Shown: piece after piece, positions 1 through 10,047 of the stretch
Layout of the letters: each line of letters opens with the position of its first letter
Position numbering within the stretch: the first letter of the stretch is position 1
Source: Bacteroidota bacterium
Lineage (GTDB): Bacteria; Bacteroidota; Bacteroidia; Chitinophagales; Chitinophagaceae
Assembly (NCBI GenBank): GCA_023391895.1
Contig: JAEWAC010000157.1
Location: 118-64,117 of the forward strand
Direction of reading: 5' to 3'
DNA length: 64,000 nt
Position numbers and translations under genes: made by a program
Notes under the pieces: generated by a model
What the model was told of the DNA's origin: nothing
The model's input: the letters and a program-made list of their open reading frames with translations, nothing else
Database searches by the model: none

Positions 1-2031
1 GAGCAGGTAATCGCCAAACAAAAGCTGGAGGAAAGCGAACGCAACCTGCGAAATACTATCCTTCAAGCACCCATAGCCATGTGCATTCTTCGTGGCCCTT
101 CTTACATGGTAGAAGTAGCCAACGACCGTGCATTTGCGATCTGGGGTAAGCCTGCAGAGACATTTTTGGGCCGGCCCATTTTTGAGGCACTACCCGAAGC
201 CAGAAACCAGGGTTTTGAGCAACTACTGAAACGGGTCTATACCAAAGGGGAAACCGTCTACGCTTCAGAGGCTACCTTAACATTACCTCGCAACGGCAGC
301 ATTGAAACGGTGTACCTCAACTTTGTTTTTGAACCCTTCCGTGAAGGGGATGGCTCTATTTCAGGCGTTATTGTTGTCGCGATCGATGTTGCCGAACAGG
401 TGGAGGCACGGCAAAAAGTTGAAGAAAGTGTCCAGGAAGTACGGGCCCTTGTGGACAGTGCGCCCTTTCCGATTGGTGTTTATACTGGAAGAGAAATGCG
501 TATCCGTATGGCCAATCAGGCCATTATTGATGTATGGGGAAAGGGACCTGACCTGATTGGAAAAACCTACGCGGAAGTTTTGCCGGAGCTAAACGATACC
601 GGCATCTACGAAGCACTGGACAGGGTGTATACAACAGGCATTCCGTTTCATGCCCGTAACCAGCGGGTTGATTTGGTAGTAGAGGGAAAGCTCCAGCCTT
701 TTTACTTCAATTACAGTTTTACACCCCTCTACAATGCGCAGGGAAAGATTTATGGCGTGATGAACACCGCTGCCGAAGTCACTGATCTGTATCATGCCAA
801 ACAACTGGTAGAGCAAAGTGAACGCAACTTCCGCAGCATGATCCTGCAGGCTCCTGTAGCCATGTGCATCCTGCTCGGCCCGGAACATGTGTTGGATGTG
901 GCCAACGAGGCCATGATCGAAATATGGGGAAAGCCAAAAGAGCAGGTGATGAATCAACCCATCTTTGATGCGCTGCCCGATGCCAGAAACCAGGGTTTGG
1001 AAGCCGTCATGCACCAGGTCTATGAAACAGGGGTGCCCTTCTATGCCAACGAACGACCCGTAAAATTGTTCCGCAACGGACGATGGGAAACCGTGTATCT
1101 GAACTTTGTTTACCAGCCCTACAAAGGAGTTGAAGGCAATATCCTGGGGGTGTTGGCTATTTCAGTTGATGTAACGAGCCAGGTACTTGCCCGTCAGAAA
1201 ATTGAGGAAATCGTGGTTCAGCGGACAGGAGAACTGGCAGCCGCCAATGAGGCCCTTGTAAAAAGCAACGAGGAACTCAAACGGCTGAATGCCAACCTGG
1301 AGGATTTTGCCTATGCCGCCTCGCATGACCTGAAAGAACCGATCCGGAAAATCCACTTCTTTTCCGACCGGCTGAAAAGCCAGCTCGATGAAAGGCTCAA
1401 CGGGGAGCAAAAGCTTTTTTTTGAACGGCTGGAAAACGCTTCCCGGCGAATGAGCTCCCTGGTGGACGACCTATTGGCCTACTCCCAGGCAACCAGAGGG
1501 TTGGCAGAGGAGGAAACGGTGGATTTAAATAAAAAGCTGCAACTGGTACTGGGAGACCTGGAACTGGAAGTGCAGCAAAAGAAAGCAAAGATCACCATTG
1601 ATCAGCTGCCCACCATTACCGGAAGCAAACGGCAAATGCAGCAATTGTTTCAAAACCTAATCACCAATGCGTTAAAATACAGCAAGCCTGGTGTGGCACC
1701 TGAAATCCATATTTCTTCCCGTAAGATATCCGGCAGTGAAGCCAGGGAGGTGGTCCCTGCCGGTGAGTGGGACCAATCCTTTCACCTGATTGTTGTACGC
1801 GACAACGGCATTGGTTTTCCGCAAAAAGACGCCCAACGCATCTTCAATGTTTTTACCCGCCTGCATGGCAATGCAGAATACCGAGGTACGGGTGTAGGAC
1901 TTTCTATCGTCCGGAAAGTGGTGGAAAATCACGGTGGCTATATTTGGGCGGAAAGCACACCCGGAGAAGGAGCAACGTTCAAGGTATTGCTACCAGCCTC
2001 ACACAGCTATACAAAACCAGTTGATAGTTGA
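1..2031 (+). CDS. Multi-PAS sensor histidine kinase (5' partial)
   Basis: Frame is open from base 1 (EQVIAKQKLEESERNLR...). Three PAS/PAC-like repeats, H-box AASHDLKEPIRKI, N-box QNLITNALKY, G-boxes DNGIGF and GTGVGLSIV. Confidence 0.92.
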   Translation, partial: EQVIAKQKLEESERNLRNTILQAPIAMCILRGPSYMVEVANDRAFAIWGKPAETFLGRPIFEALPEARNQGFEQLLKRVYTKGETVYASEATLTLPRNGSIETVYLNFVFEPFREGDGSISGVIVVAIDVAEQVEARQKVEESVQEVRALVDSAPFPIGVYTGREMRIRMANQAIIDVWGKGPDLIGKTYAEVLPELNDTGIYEALDRVYTTGIPFHARNQRVDLVVEGKLQPFYFNYSFTPLYNAQGKIYGVMNTAAEVTDLYHAKQLVEQSERNFRSMILQAPVAMCILLGPEHVLDVANEAMIEIWGKPKEQVMNQPIFDALPDARNQGLEAVMHQVYETGVPFYANERPVKLFRNGRWETVYLNFVYQPYKGVEGNILGVLAISVDVTSQVLARQKIEEIVVQRTGELAAANEALVKSNEELKRLNANLEDFAYAASHDLKEPIRKIHFFSDRLKSQLDERLNGEQKLFFERLENASRRMSSLVDDLLAYSQATRGLAEEETVDLNKKLQLVLGDLELEVQQKKAKITIDQLPTITGSKRQMQQLFQNLITNALKYSKPGVAPEIHISSRKISGSEAREVVPAGEWDQSFHLIVVRDNGIGFPQKDAQRIFNVFTRLHGNAEYRGTGVGLSIVRKVVENHGGYIWAESTPGEGATFKVLLPASHSYTKPVDS

Positions 2032-2604
2032 AAGACAGCGTCATCCTGCTGCCGCTCCTACCCTATAAGCGTTGCTGATGGCAGGTAGTTGTAGTTGGGG
2101 AGCTTTTTTTTTCTGTATGAGCGGGAACCAATGCAGTAGGACATGAAACTGTTTTTAAATTTATAAAATCCTGTCGTTAATGGTGAATGGTCAATGGTGA
2201 ATACCCACTCATGAAACTGATAACCGCTTTGTATCAGATAGGTTGTTTTTTCCTCTACCGCCTGCCCTGTCATTCCTAAGGCAAAAAGCTGAAGGCTAAA
2301 GGCTGGAAGCAAAGGCAAAAGTGAAAAGGCAAAAGCAAAAAGCAGGACAGCCAGACTGGTGCAGCGCCTTATCCCGCGATAACTCCAGATTCTTGTTGCT
2401 GTAGGAAAAGGGTAGCGGGATACCGCGCCTGCAGTAGTTTACCCTAGCACGCAAAAAGGCTTGAACTTCTTGAAGAACCCATACCAGTAAGAACTCTTCA
2501 AATAATCGACAATTCATAGTGCAGGATACCTGCTGTAGTGACGGTTGCTTGTGCGTGGGCAAGGCCAAACGGGCGGAGCCATCGGGTTGGCCTTGAACTT
2601 TTTG

Positions 2605-2631
2605 CTTACTTTTTCGGGGAGAAAAAGTAAG
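2605..2631. repeat. Perfect 11-bp inverted repeat in a mosaic intergenic region (REP/MITE-like or bidirectional terminator)
   Basis: CTTACTTTTTC-GGGGA-GAAAAAGTAAG between convergent genes; short degenerate tandem repeats nearby at 2177-2203 and 2281-2345. Confidence 0.4.
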
Positions 2632-2864
2632 AAGCATTACCTACAGGAGGATAAAACCATAGTCATAGACACTTTTCAAATGGATCATTATATGGAGTTT
2701 TGAAGGAGTTCAAAGGAGATGCTGAAAGGAGCTCAGCAGGACAGGTGTGAGAGACGTTATACCAAATGATGATCCAGTTTGTAAATGGCATTGCCCCTTC
2801 ACCATTGACGATGCCATTCCATAAACTTGAAACCAGTTTAGTATAATTACAAATCAACCACCCT

Positions 2865-3395
2865 TCAATTCACCTGAACCAGTGCGGCATAAAGGGCGGC
2901 CCGGTGGTAAAGCGAAGGCCGCACTCCCAGCTTCTCCACTGTCCCATAACCTAGTTTTGCAATCAAATGTTTCAGCTTACCAAAACTTACCGGATAAGGT
3001 ACCCAGGGATTCGCCTGATCGGTATCATATTCCACCAGCAGCAAACAGCCATGGGGCTGCAGCAAGTTGACGGCTTTCATCATGAATGTTTTCTGATCTC
3101 GTACAAAGTGCAGCGCATTGGCCATCAGGATACCCGCCAGGCCTGAAAAGGGTAAAGCATCCCGAACAAAATCCGCCTGTATCTTTTCGATTACCACGCC
3201 ATTTGTTGGCGGCTCTAATTTGAAAAGGGCGCTTCGGCTAATATCCACCGCATAAATCACGCTGCCGGGCGATAAAAAGTGCGCCAGGGCTCCCGTAAAC
3301 AAACCCGTGCCGCACCCCAGGTCCGCCCAATTGGTAGGCTTATCCGTAACCAGGCGGTCACTGCGGATCAACTCAATAGCGTGCTGCAGCTCCAT
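2865..3395 (-). CDS. Class I SAM-dependent methyltransferase
   Basis: Motif I WADLGCGTGLF, acidic VDIS, post-II MANALHF; ATG at 3395 preferred over TTG at 3407. Confidence 0.85.
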   Translation of the reverse strand: MELQHAIELIRSDRLVTDKPTNWADLGCGTGLFTGALAHFLSPGSVIYAVDISRSALFKLEPPTNGVVIEKIQADFVRDALPFSGLAGILMANALHFVRDQKTFMMKAVNLLQPHGCLLLVEYDTDQANPWVPYPVSFGKLKHLIAKLGYGTVEKLGVRPSLYHRAALYAALVQVN

Positions 3396-3416
3396 CTTGC
3401 CCTTCAACAGCCTGCT

Positions 3417-4184
3417 TCACAGGTACTTTTTTAATAGTTCAATTCCCTTTTTCACCTCCTCTCTGCCGCTGGATTCAATGCCATACCACCCCTGGTAGCC
3501 CTTGTCTTTGCTCAATTGTATCATCCGGGCCGTGAGGTCATCGGTGGGTTGGTTGCGGTAGGACATGCCTCCTGCATAGGGCAGGGTTTTATCCAGGTAC
3601 GCCCAGTTGTCGAAATCCGGATGAGGCTCCCGCCAGTCCGGGTAGGTACCGAAAAGTGGATCATTGACTTGCTGCATCAGTTGTACCATCCAGTCTCCGT
3701 CGTTGGAGACGCCGCCATGATTTTCAATCAGTATCCGGATACCCGAAGGCCGGGCGTACGCCAGGAGCATCTGGTAAGATTCTACCGCCCAGTTCAGGGC
3801 TCTCATCTTGTCCACTCCCTCTGGGCCCCGGCAGTTGGTGCGGATGGCGTGACAGCCCAGGTAATGGGCAATATCCACCCACTTGCGGTGAAAAATGTCA
3901 AACTCCCGGCGACCTTGCTTTGTTGGCGCGCACCCGTCGCCCTCGTCATCGACCATTATCAGTACCATGGTGACGCCGTACATCGCTGCCTGCTGCTTTA
4001 ACTGCTTCAGGTAACCCTCCGTTGGCACTTCAAAGAGCGTGTTTACAAACTCGATGCCATTGAGTCCAAAATCCTCCCGGGCAATGCGGGGAAAATCCAG
4101 TGTCTTCCACTGCCCTGCCCGGATTTCTTCCACTAGGGCCCACTGGGCCAGGGATATATCATCCTTTCTATTTAATACTGCCAT
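3417..4184 (-). CDS. Sugar phosphate isomerase/epimerase family TIM-barrel protein (no signal peptide)
   Basis: Xylose-isomerase-like motifs GIEFVN, IENHGG, YPDW, GWYGIES. Confidence 0.85.
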   Translation of the reverse strand: MAVLNRKDDISLAQWALVEEIRAGQWKTLDFPRIAREDFGLNGIEFVNTLFEVPTEGYLKQLKQQAAMYGVTMVLIMVDDEGDGCAPTKQGRREFDIFHRKWVDIAHYLGCHAIRTNCRGPEGVDKMRALNWAVESYQMLLAYARPSGIRILIENHGGVSNDGDWMVQLMQQVNDPLFGTYPDWREPHPDFDNWAYLDKTLPYAGGMSYRNQPTDDLTARMIQLSKDKGYQGWYGIESSGREEVKKGIELLKKYL

Positions 4185-4204
4185 TACTATAACTCTTTTC
4201 TTGT

Positions 4205-5059
4205 TTAAACTGTTTGAAGATAAGCCACGCTCTCCTTCATGTTTTCTAGGTCCATCTCCACGAAAAAGTTTTGTACCCCTCCGGTTTGGGCGGTCCTGAA
4301 AAACTCTTTCCAGTCAATCACCCCTTTGCCTACTGGCACCTGCTTTTTCTCCCGCGTCCAGTCGGACAGGTGGGCAGAAATAAACCGGCCCGGGTATTTT
4401 TCAAAATACGTAGCCGCTTTGTACCCCAGGTTGATCACTTCGGTCTGAAACTGCATTTTCACCAGGTGGGGGTCCAGGCGTTCCAGTAGCGCGTCATAGA
4501 CCAGCTGGCCGTCCAGTGTTACAAATTCAAAGCTGTGGTTGTGAAAGCCGGCTTGCATGCCGGCACTTTTAATTTTTTCTGCTGCCCGGTTCAACCGGTC
4601 GGCCGCGGCGTGGTAATCATCCAGCGTAGCAGTCTTGGGCAGCCAGAAGGTGGAGCAGATCATCTGGCTCAACCCCAGCTCTTTGGCAAATTCAATGCGT
4701 TCGTCCAGGTGATCGGTGAGCTCGCTAAAACCAAAGTGGCAGCTGGGACAATCCAGGCCCGCATCCTTTATCATGCTGCGTAGCTCCGGTGGTTTTATAT
4801 TGACCAGGGACCCGAATCCAATCTTTTCATAACCTTTGGGAGAACACATCTCGGTCAGCCGGTAGCCCTGGGCGGCCATCATTTTCAGGGTGCCAGTAAA
4901 GTCTTTGTCGAGCAGGTCCCGGACCGGGAAGGTTTGAAAGCCCAATGGGATATTTAAAGCCCTGGATTGGGCCAGCAGTTCTGTGGCAGGTAACATCAGT
5001 GTCGCCAGGGATCCCAGGGCCGCCTGCCCGAGAAATGTTCTGCGCGAGATGGTTTTCAT
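4205..5059 (-). CDS. Tat-exported sugar phosphate isomerase/epimerase family protein (putative 3-keto-glycoside lyase)
   Basis: Twin-arginine SRRTFL signal; GFHNHSFEF, AHLSD, GKGVIDW, FFVEMD motifs. Confidence 0.88.
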   Translation of the reverse strand: MKTISRRTFLGQAALGSLATLMLPATELLAQSRALNIPLGFQTFPVRDLLDKDFTGTLKMMAAQGYRLTEMCSPKGYEKIGFGSLVNIKPPELRSMIKDAGLDCPSCHFGFSELTDHLDERIEFAKELGLSQMICSTFWLPKTATLDDYHAAADRLNRAAEKIKSAGMQAGFHNHSFEFVTLDGQLVYDALLERLDPHLVKMQFQTEVINLGYKAATYFEKYPGRFISAHLSDWTREKKQVPVGKGVIDWKEFFRTAQTGGVQNFFVEMDLENMKESVAYLQTV

Positions 5060-5107
5060 TTTCTTTGCTTTGAGTGTTATGAATGTTGATGCGGTGGCTG
5101 CTCTTGG

Positions 5108-6700
5108 TTAAATCAGACCCAGCTCCCACCCTTTGCGATACTCCCGCCTAAGGTATTTATTGGCCGCTTCTACGTTAGTGATCTTCCTGTTCGCTGCATC
5201 GTACTGTAATAACTTATTGGTCCGCAAGGCAACGGCATACAGGTTAATGGCTTCAGTAATAGGCCCAGCTTCCATAAAATTGCCGGGGTACTGCTGGCCG
5301 GTTTTAATTGCCTGCACAAACCGCGGCAGCGCCTCGGAGGTTTGCTGCACCTGGCTGCGCTTATCGGCATTGACCCCTTCGGCCCTTTCCATTTTTTTAC
5401 CGGAAATAATCCGGGGCTCCTGGATATTAAAGCCTGCGAGGATCTTTCCCTTATCGCCCACGAACAGCATGCCTTCCTGCGGCAGTTCCTTACCGGTAGC
5501 CTCCAGTTCATCGGGTAGGGGCGGCTGCATACCGCCGTCGTACCAGTAAAGGTCCACCGGCCCCCTGCTGCCACTCGCCGGGTAACGGAATCTCACCGTA
5601 CTGGCCATGGGAAACGAAAAATCATTATTAATGCGAAAAGGAACGGCTCCTCTAAAGTCACAAACATGGCTGCGGTGCGGCTCCACCACGGTGGGTGAAG
5701 TGAGTCCCAGGGCGTTAAAGACCGTCCATAAACTATAATGGCCCATATCGGCCATGGAACCGCCGCCAAAGTCGTACCATCCCCGGAACACCATGTGAGT
5801 ATAATTGGGATGGTAAGGCCGTTCCGCCTCGGGTCCCAGCCAAAGGTCCCAGTCAAAGCCTTCAGGAACAGGAGGTCGCTCGGTGGGCAGCTCGGGGTAT
5901 TGCGGCCAAACCGGACGGTTGGTCCAATTGTGCACTTCTTTCAAAGTACCAATTGCATCCCCTTTGATCCAGGTCATTACTGTATCCATGGAGCCATTGG
6001 AATCCCAGGGAATAAGGTGGGTGATGACTTTGGGATGATTACGGGCCATCTCGATCACCTCTTTTCCTTCCAGGAGCCGGTTGGAAAGGGGCTTGTGCAC
6101 CAGAACATGTTTACCCCTCCGCAGGGCTGCCATGCACAGCACCCCATGCAGATGATCTGGTGTCATAATCTTGACGGCATCGAGGTCTTTTTCCTTTTGG
6201 AGCAGTTCCCGTGCATCTGCATAAGCTGTACAGCCTTTGAACTTTTGATCCTGCCGCACAGAGGCGTAATAGGTGTTTACAATATCGCGGCCGTTTTCCC
6301 GGCCACCCGGTATCGTGCCATCGCCGCCGGAAGTCCATTCTGGTTTCTGGATCGTTTTGCGGATCTCATCCCGCAGGTAATTGGGTCCCCAGTCGCGGTA
6401 GCCAATGGCTTCTTTACTCGGGTCACACACCGCCACTACCTGGAGTTGCGGCACCGCCAGCAGGGGCAGCAGTTCCCGGATGCCCTGAGTACCCAGCCCG
6501 ATATAGCCCAGGGTGATCTTATCGCTGGGTGGAATAAAATGTTTACCGCCCAGCACGTGCCGGGGTACAATAGTAAAACCAAGGGCCGCCGCAGCCGACA
6601 GCTCCACGAATTTTCGGCGGTGCATGCCCCCTTTTTTTTCAGTGGGATTTTCTGTAACCGTAGGAGCAGGTGTTACACCAGAGGAAAGGTCTTTTTTCAT
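5108..6700 (-). CDS. Gfo/Idh/MocA family oxidoreductase, Tat-type
   Basis: HRRKFV twin-Arg, IGLGTQG Rossmann motif, TPDHLH, VHKPL, DWDLWLGP, ADMGHY; start set at MKKDL (6700). Confidence 0.9.
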   Translation of the reverse strand: MKKDLSSGVTPAPTVTENPTEKKGGMHRRKFVELSAAAALGFTIVPRHVLGGKHFIPPSDKITLGYIGLGTQGIRELLPLLAVPQLQVVAVCDPSKEAIGYRDWGPNYLRDEIRKTIQKPEWTSGGDGTIPGGRENGRDIVNTYYASVRQDQKFKGCTAYADARELLQKEKDLDAVKIMTPDHLHGVLCMAALRRGKHVLVHKPLSNRLLEGKEVIEMARNHPKVITHLIPWDSNGSMDTVMTWIKGDAIGTLKEVHNWTNRPVWPQYPELPTERPPVPEGFDWDLWLGPEAERPYHPNYTHMVFRGWYDFGGGSMADMGHYSLWTVFNALGLTSPTVVEPHRSHVCDFRGAVPFRINNDFSFPMASTVRFRYPASGSRGPVDLYWYDGGMQPPLPDELEATGKELPQEGMLFVGDKGKILAGFNIQEPRIISGKKMERAEGVNADKRSQVQQTSEALPRFVQAIKTGQQYPGNFMEAGPITEAINLYAVALRTNKLLQYDAANRKITNVEAANKYLRREYRKGWELGLI

Positions 6701-6790
6701 ATAGCAGTCTTTAAGCAATCTTGGGATGAGGTGTCTCATGAATTTACGGAAATAAAAGCGGATCGTCAAGCAATTTCCGACACCGTTTTT

Positions 6791-6821
6791 CAACAAAAAT
6801 CCCCTCTGTAAAAAGAGGGGA
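6791..6821 (-). terminator. Intrinsic terminator
   Basis: 8-bp stem TCCCCTCT/AGAGGGGA followed on the minus strand by TTTTTGTTG. Confidence 0.7.
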
Positions 6822-7002
6822 CAATGAGGTAAGGCGCATGGATGGTTTGGTTTTCACATAGGAATGGTGGACGCCTTAACTTTCCTGGTGGACAGAGCTT
6901 TCAATAGGTTTTTGGACTAAAAACGGCTTTCAATGGATACGGTAGTTTTGGCTGTTTCTTTGGACAATTGGTTTTGGTGTTTTTCTGGTATTGGATTCTT
7001 TG
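6792..7002 (-). ncRNA. Candidate small RNA or 5' leader with six RTCCA-N(2-12)-GAAA motifs
   Basis: Lies between a TAnnTTTG promoter element and an intrinsic terminator; no credible ATG-initiated ORF; repeated motif visible directly. Confidence 0.45.
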
Positions 7003-7008
7003 ATGACA

Positions 7009-7016
7009 CAAAGCTA
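7009..7016 (-). promoter_or_regulatory. Bacteroidota -7 promoter element TAGCTTTG
   Basis: Matches the TAnnTTTG consensus immediately upstream of the repeat-motif tract. Confidence 0.5.
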
Positions 7017-7346
7017 CACCACAGGAGGGGCCTGCATAAGGAGCTTTCGCCAGAATGATGATAGCGCAGGTTCAAAAGCCCTCCTTCCCGGTTGAATTCC
7101 CTAATCTTATTATCTCATTATCAATAAATTAGTAGAACTACGAAGTAGTTTTACCGACACCAACAAAGCCTCGTTGTCTGCTTCGCCTTCAAAGAACGTT
7201 TTGCAGATGTGGTAAATTCCATTGAAACTCGGGCGGATGTTGTGCCTGCGTTTATGTTGGTTTGGTCACTTACATAAACACCTCCACAACATCATTTACT
7301 TTATATGCACTTAACCATTTTTTCAATAACATAACGCATTAAGATA

Positions 7347-7850
7347 TTAATGAGAAATCTTTTGAATTTTTTGGTTCCAACCGGTTTTTCCATCTCTGAA
7401 TAACTACAGCAAATACATTCCGGCACTTAAGCGCCTCATGGAAACTTTATAATTATAGAGGATACCTGCATCCAGCAGCCTGGCCTGAATATCCAGCAAT
7501 CAAAATTCTATTTTGCCAACAGGAACCGGATGGAACGCTAAAAATACCATATCATTTGTGGGGTTGGGGAAGGCAATAAAATCATTGGCATCCTGGCTAT
7601 TTCCGTCTTTATAAACATCGATTTGAATGTTATCAAGAGCTATAAAAAGATGTCCGGAGCGATTCGCAACAAGGGAACCATCATCTGCAATAAACCGTAA
7701 CCTGAAATTTTTGTTCTTGTAGGGCTCCAGGTCAATAAATACCCTAGAAGGGATACTGTCCCATTTTTGCCGTATTTCAGCATTCGATCGGTGCTAGGGA
7801 TCATTTGCTTCTTTTTTTGAAGACTTCAATCCAGGTAGTGGTTCAAAATA
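7347..7850 (-). pseudogene. 3' remnant of a T9SS type A (Por secretion tail) cargo protein
   Basis: Manual translation gives ...FIALDNIQID...FIAFPNPTNDMV...EF*LLDIQARLL...LSAGMYLL*LFRDGK...KIQKISH*; in-frame stops at 7500-7502 and 7404-7406; no start codon; 5' limit approximate. Confidence 0.7.
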
Positions 7851-8340
7851 AAGGAGGGCTTCAATGGCTAGGGATGGTTATAAATTTAATGTGAACAAAC
7901 TGAAAATCATGATGCAACCCTTACCAGTAAAAGGCTCCAGCATATCATTAGACTTTCAGTGTTTATTTTCCAAAAAAGTCTTTGCGCATGCAACGGTGCT
8001 GTTGTTGGAGACATTGCCTGCGGTAAGCTGGCGTAGCGTTTGTGCGGCGCTCGTTTTATGGAATTGGGTGATGAGAAGCATTTTCATATATACCACCGCG
8101 TTTTTAGTCATGTAAAATGGTCAGGGTGGAAAGCCTCCCACCTTCTGCTTGATCTGCTGATAAAATGTTTTTGTGCTGAAAAAGAACCCCTGTTCTTTGG
8201 CCTGGATGACAAGGGGTGAGTTAACTTGGATAAATATAGTTGCGGCTGGTAGCAGCGCATTTCTTTAAAAACCCCATATGGACTTTTGAAAAAGGCTTTA
8301 CTCCAAATAGTAGATCAAAGAAACAAAGAACACCCCGCAC

Positions 8341-8366
8341 TGTCATCCGGGCCTTGAGCCGGGATA
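8341..8366. repeat. Degenerate REP-like palindrome
   Basis: TGTCATCCGGGCCTTGAGCCGGGATA resembles the GTCATCCCGG-CTTGA-CCGGGAT type dispersed repeat; one copy in this window. Confidence 0.35.
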
Positions 8367-8620
8367 GGCCCACACCAAAGAACGCTCATAAAGATTTGTT
8401 TGAAAAAAAGAAAAAGAGCGTAGGCATGCTTGTATGGGACCCTTATCGGTGTGATGATTTCCCCTTCACCATTGACGGAAGAATTTATAAAGTTGAAAAC
8501 AATTTAGTACAAGGCCTAACCATATGAAATCGATTTTATTACTATTTATCTTTCAAGTCCCTCAAATTAGCAAAAAAATCAGGGAAGAAAGACCGCAGAC
8601 CGAGTCAGTCTGATTGAATA

Positions 8621-8666
8621 AAAATAAAAGTGTTCCCCTTCCTATACGTATGTAGAAAGGGGAACA
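8621..8666 (-). terminator. Intrinsic terminator of the susC-susD-DUF1080-gfo operon
   Basis: Stem TGTTCCCCTT...AAGGGGAACA, 40 nt after the stop at 8706, followed by CTTTTATTTT on the minus strand. Confidence 0.7.
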
Positions 8667-8705
8667 CCATATTTTTCGACAATCAGTTGCAAAGGGTTAG
8701 CTACC

Positions 8706-10028
8706 TCATACTTTGGGCTGCCATCCTTTCTCGTAAGTTCTGCCCCATAAGGCCTGGGCAGCTTTATTATCAACAATATGCCCGGTTTTCGGATCAATGT
8801 TCAAGGTGGCACCCACCCGCTGTGCTATATTGCCCAGTTGCACCCAGAGCGTGCTTTTTCGACCGATTTCAACATCAGCAGTAGGCGTGCCTCCTTCCCG
8901 GATGCATTTGAGAAAATTATCAATATGAACACCATCCAGGCTGGCACTTGGACTGGAAAGGTCTCGGCCGTCAATTTGAACATCTGATTTCACTTCTTTG
9001 ACAACCTTGTTTTTCAAATCACGAATGATATAACTATTGCCGCCCGTGGTCATCGAGCCTTGCTCGCCATAGAAAATAACTCCCCGGTCTTCACCTTCTA
9101 CCAGTGTGCCATTGCAACTACGACCTTCCCAAATAACAGTGGCGTTCTGGCATTCAAATGTGATGACCTGTGTATCCGGTGTTTGCCAGTCGTCCTTGAA
9201 ATGATAACGGCCTCCTGCTGAACTAACCTTCAGGGGATAATCAACTGCTAATCCCCAGCGGGCCACATCCACTTCGTGTGTACCATTATTCAAGGCTTCG
9301 CCGGTGCCCCAATGCCAGAACCAGTGCCAGTTGTAATGCACCAGGTTGTCCTGGTAAGGCATTCTGGGTGCCGGTCCCTGCCAGAGATCAAAATCCAGGT
9401 TGGACGGCACCGGTACTTTTTTGCCCACGCCTATCGAAGTGCGGTTGTTAGTGTACCACGTTTTGGCCATATATACCTTACCAATGGCGCCCTGGTGCAA
9501 TTCCTGGATGCCCTGGGTTAAGACCGGCCAGGAGCGCCGCTGACTGCCCATTTGTACGACGCGCTTATAATGGCGGGCAGCCGCCACTGCCATCTCTCCT
9601 TCGGCCGGATTATGACATAGCGGCTTTTCAACATATACATGCTTACCTGCTGCGCAACATAAAATAGTAGCCGGGGCATGCCAGTGATCAGGAGGCGCCA
9701 GTAACATCGCATCCAGATCTTTATTTCCTATTATCTGTCGAAAATCCTTAACACCTTTTGGTTCTTTACCCACCGCTTTTTTTACGGCATTTATGCCCTT
9801 GGCCAGTGCGTTTGCTTCCACATCACAGATATAAATGACTTCTGTGTTTTTTTGTCGTGCAAAGCTGGCTGCCATGCCGGCGCCACGGCCATTGGTTCCC
9901 ATCACACCGACAGTAATACGTTCGTTGGCACCTACAATGCGACTATAACTCTTAGAAGAAAAACCCAGCCCACCTAAGGCTAAGATGGTGCCTGTATTTC
10001 TAATGAAATTCCTTCTTGATTGATCCAT
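8706..10028 (-). CDS. Tat-exported Gfo/Idh/MocA oxidoreductase (putative glycoside 3-dehydrogenase)
   Basis: SRRNFI signal, GTNGRG, APPDHWH, VEKP, QMGSQRRS, FDLWQGPAP, NNGTHEVD. Confidence 0.92.
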   Translation of the reverse strand: MDQSRRNFIRNTGTILALGGLGFSSKSYSRIVGANERITVGVMGTNGRGAGMAASFARQKNTEVIYICDVEANALAKGINAVKKAVGKEPKGVKDFRQIIGNKDLDAMLLAPPDHWHAPATILCCAAGKHVYVEKPLCHNPAEGEMAVAAARHYKRVVQMGSQRRSWPVLTQGIQELHQGAIGKVYMAKTWYTNNRTSIGVGKKVPVPSNLDFDLWQGPAPRMPYQDNLVHYNWHWFWHWGTGEALNNGTHEVDVARWGLAVDYPLKVSSAGGRYHFKDDWQTPDTQVITFECQNATVIWEGRSCNGTLVEGEDRGVIFYGEQGSMTTGGNSYIIRDLKNKVVKEVKSDVQIDGRDLSSPSASLDGVHIDNFLKCIREGGTPTADVEIGRKSTLWVQLGNIAQRVGATLNIDPKTGHIVDNKAAQALWGRTYEKGWQPKV

Positions 10029-10047
10029 AGCTGTTTTTTAAAAAGTT

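Noticed and set aside
61..1210. Internal nucleotide similarity within the kinase gene
   Set aside because: Explained by ordinary tandem PAS domain duplication.
5738..6811. 357-aa plus-strand ORF and many other long antisense ORFs in the track
   Set aside because: They lie opposite well-supported genes, show no motifs, and are typical shadow ORFs.
6840..7000. Repeat tract as a CRISPR array
   Set aside because: Shared motifs are only 4-5 nt with variable internal gaps; there is no 23-50 bp direct repeat and no cas gene.
7864..8527. ORFs 7864-8115 and 8240-8527
   Set aside because: No recognisable motifs; one runs through a REP-like palindrome; likely spurious or debris.
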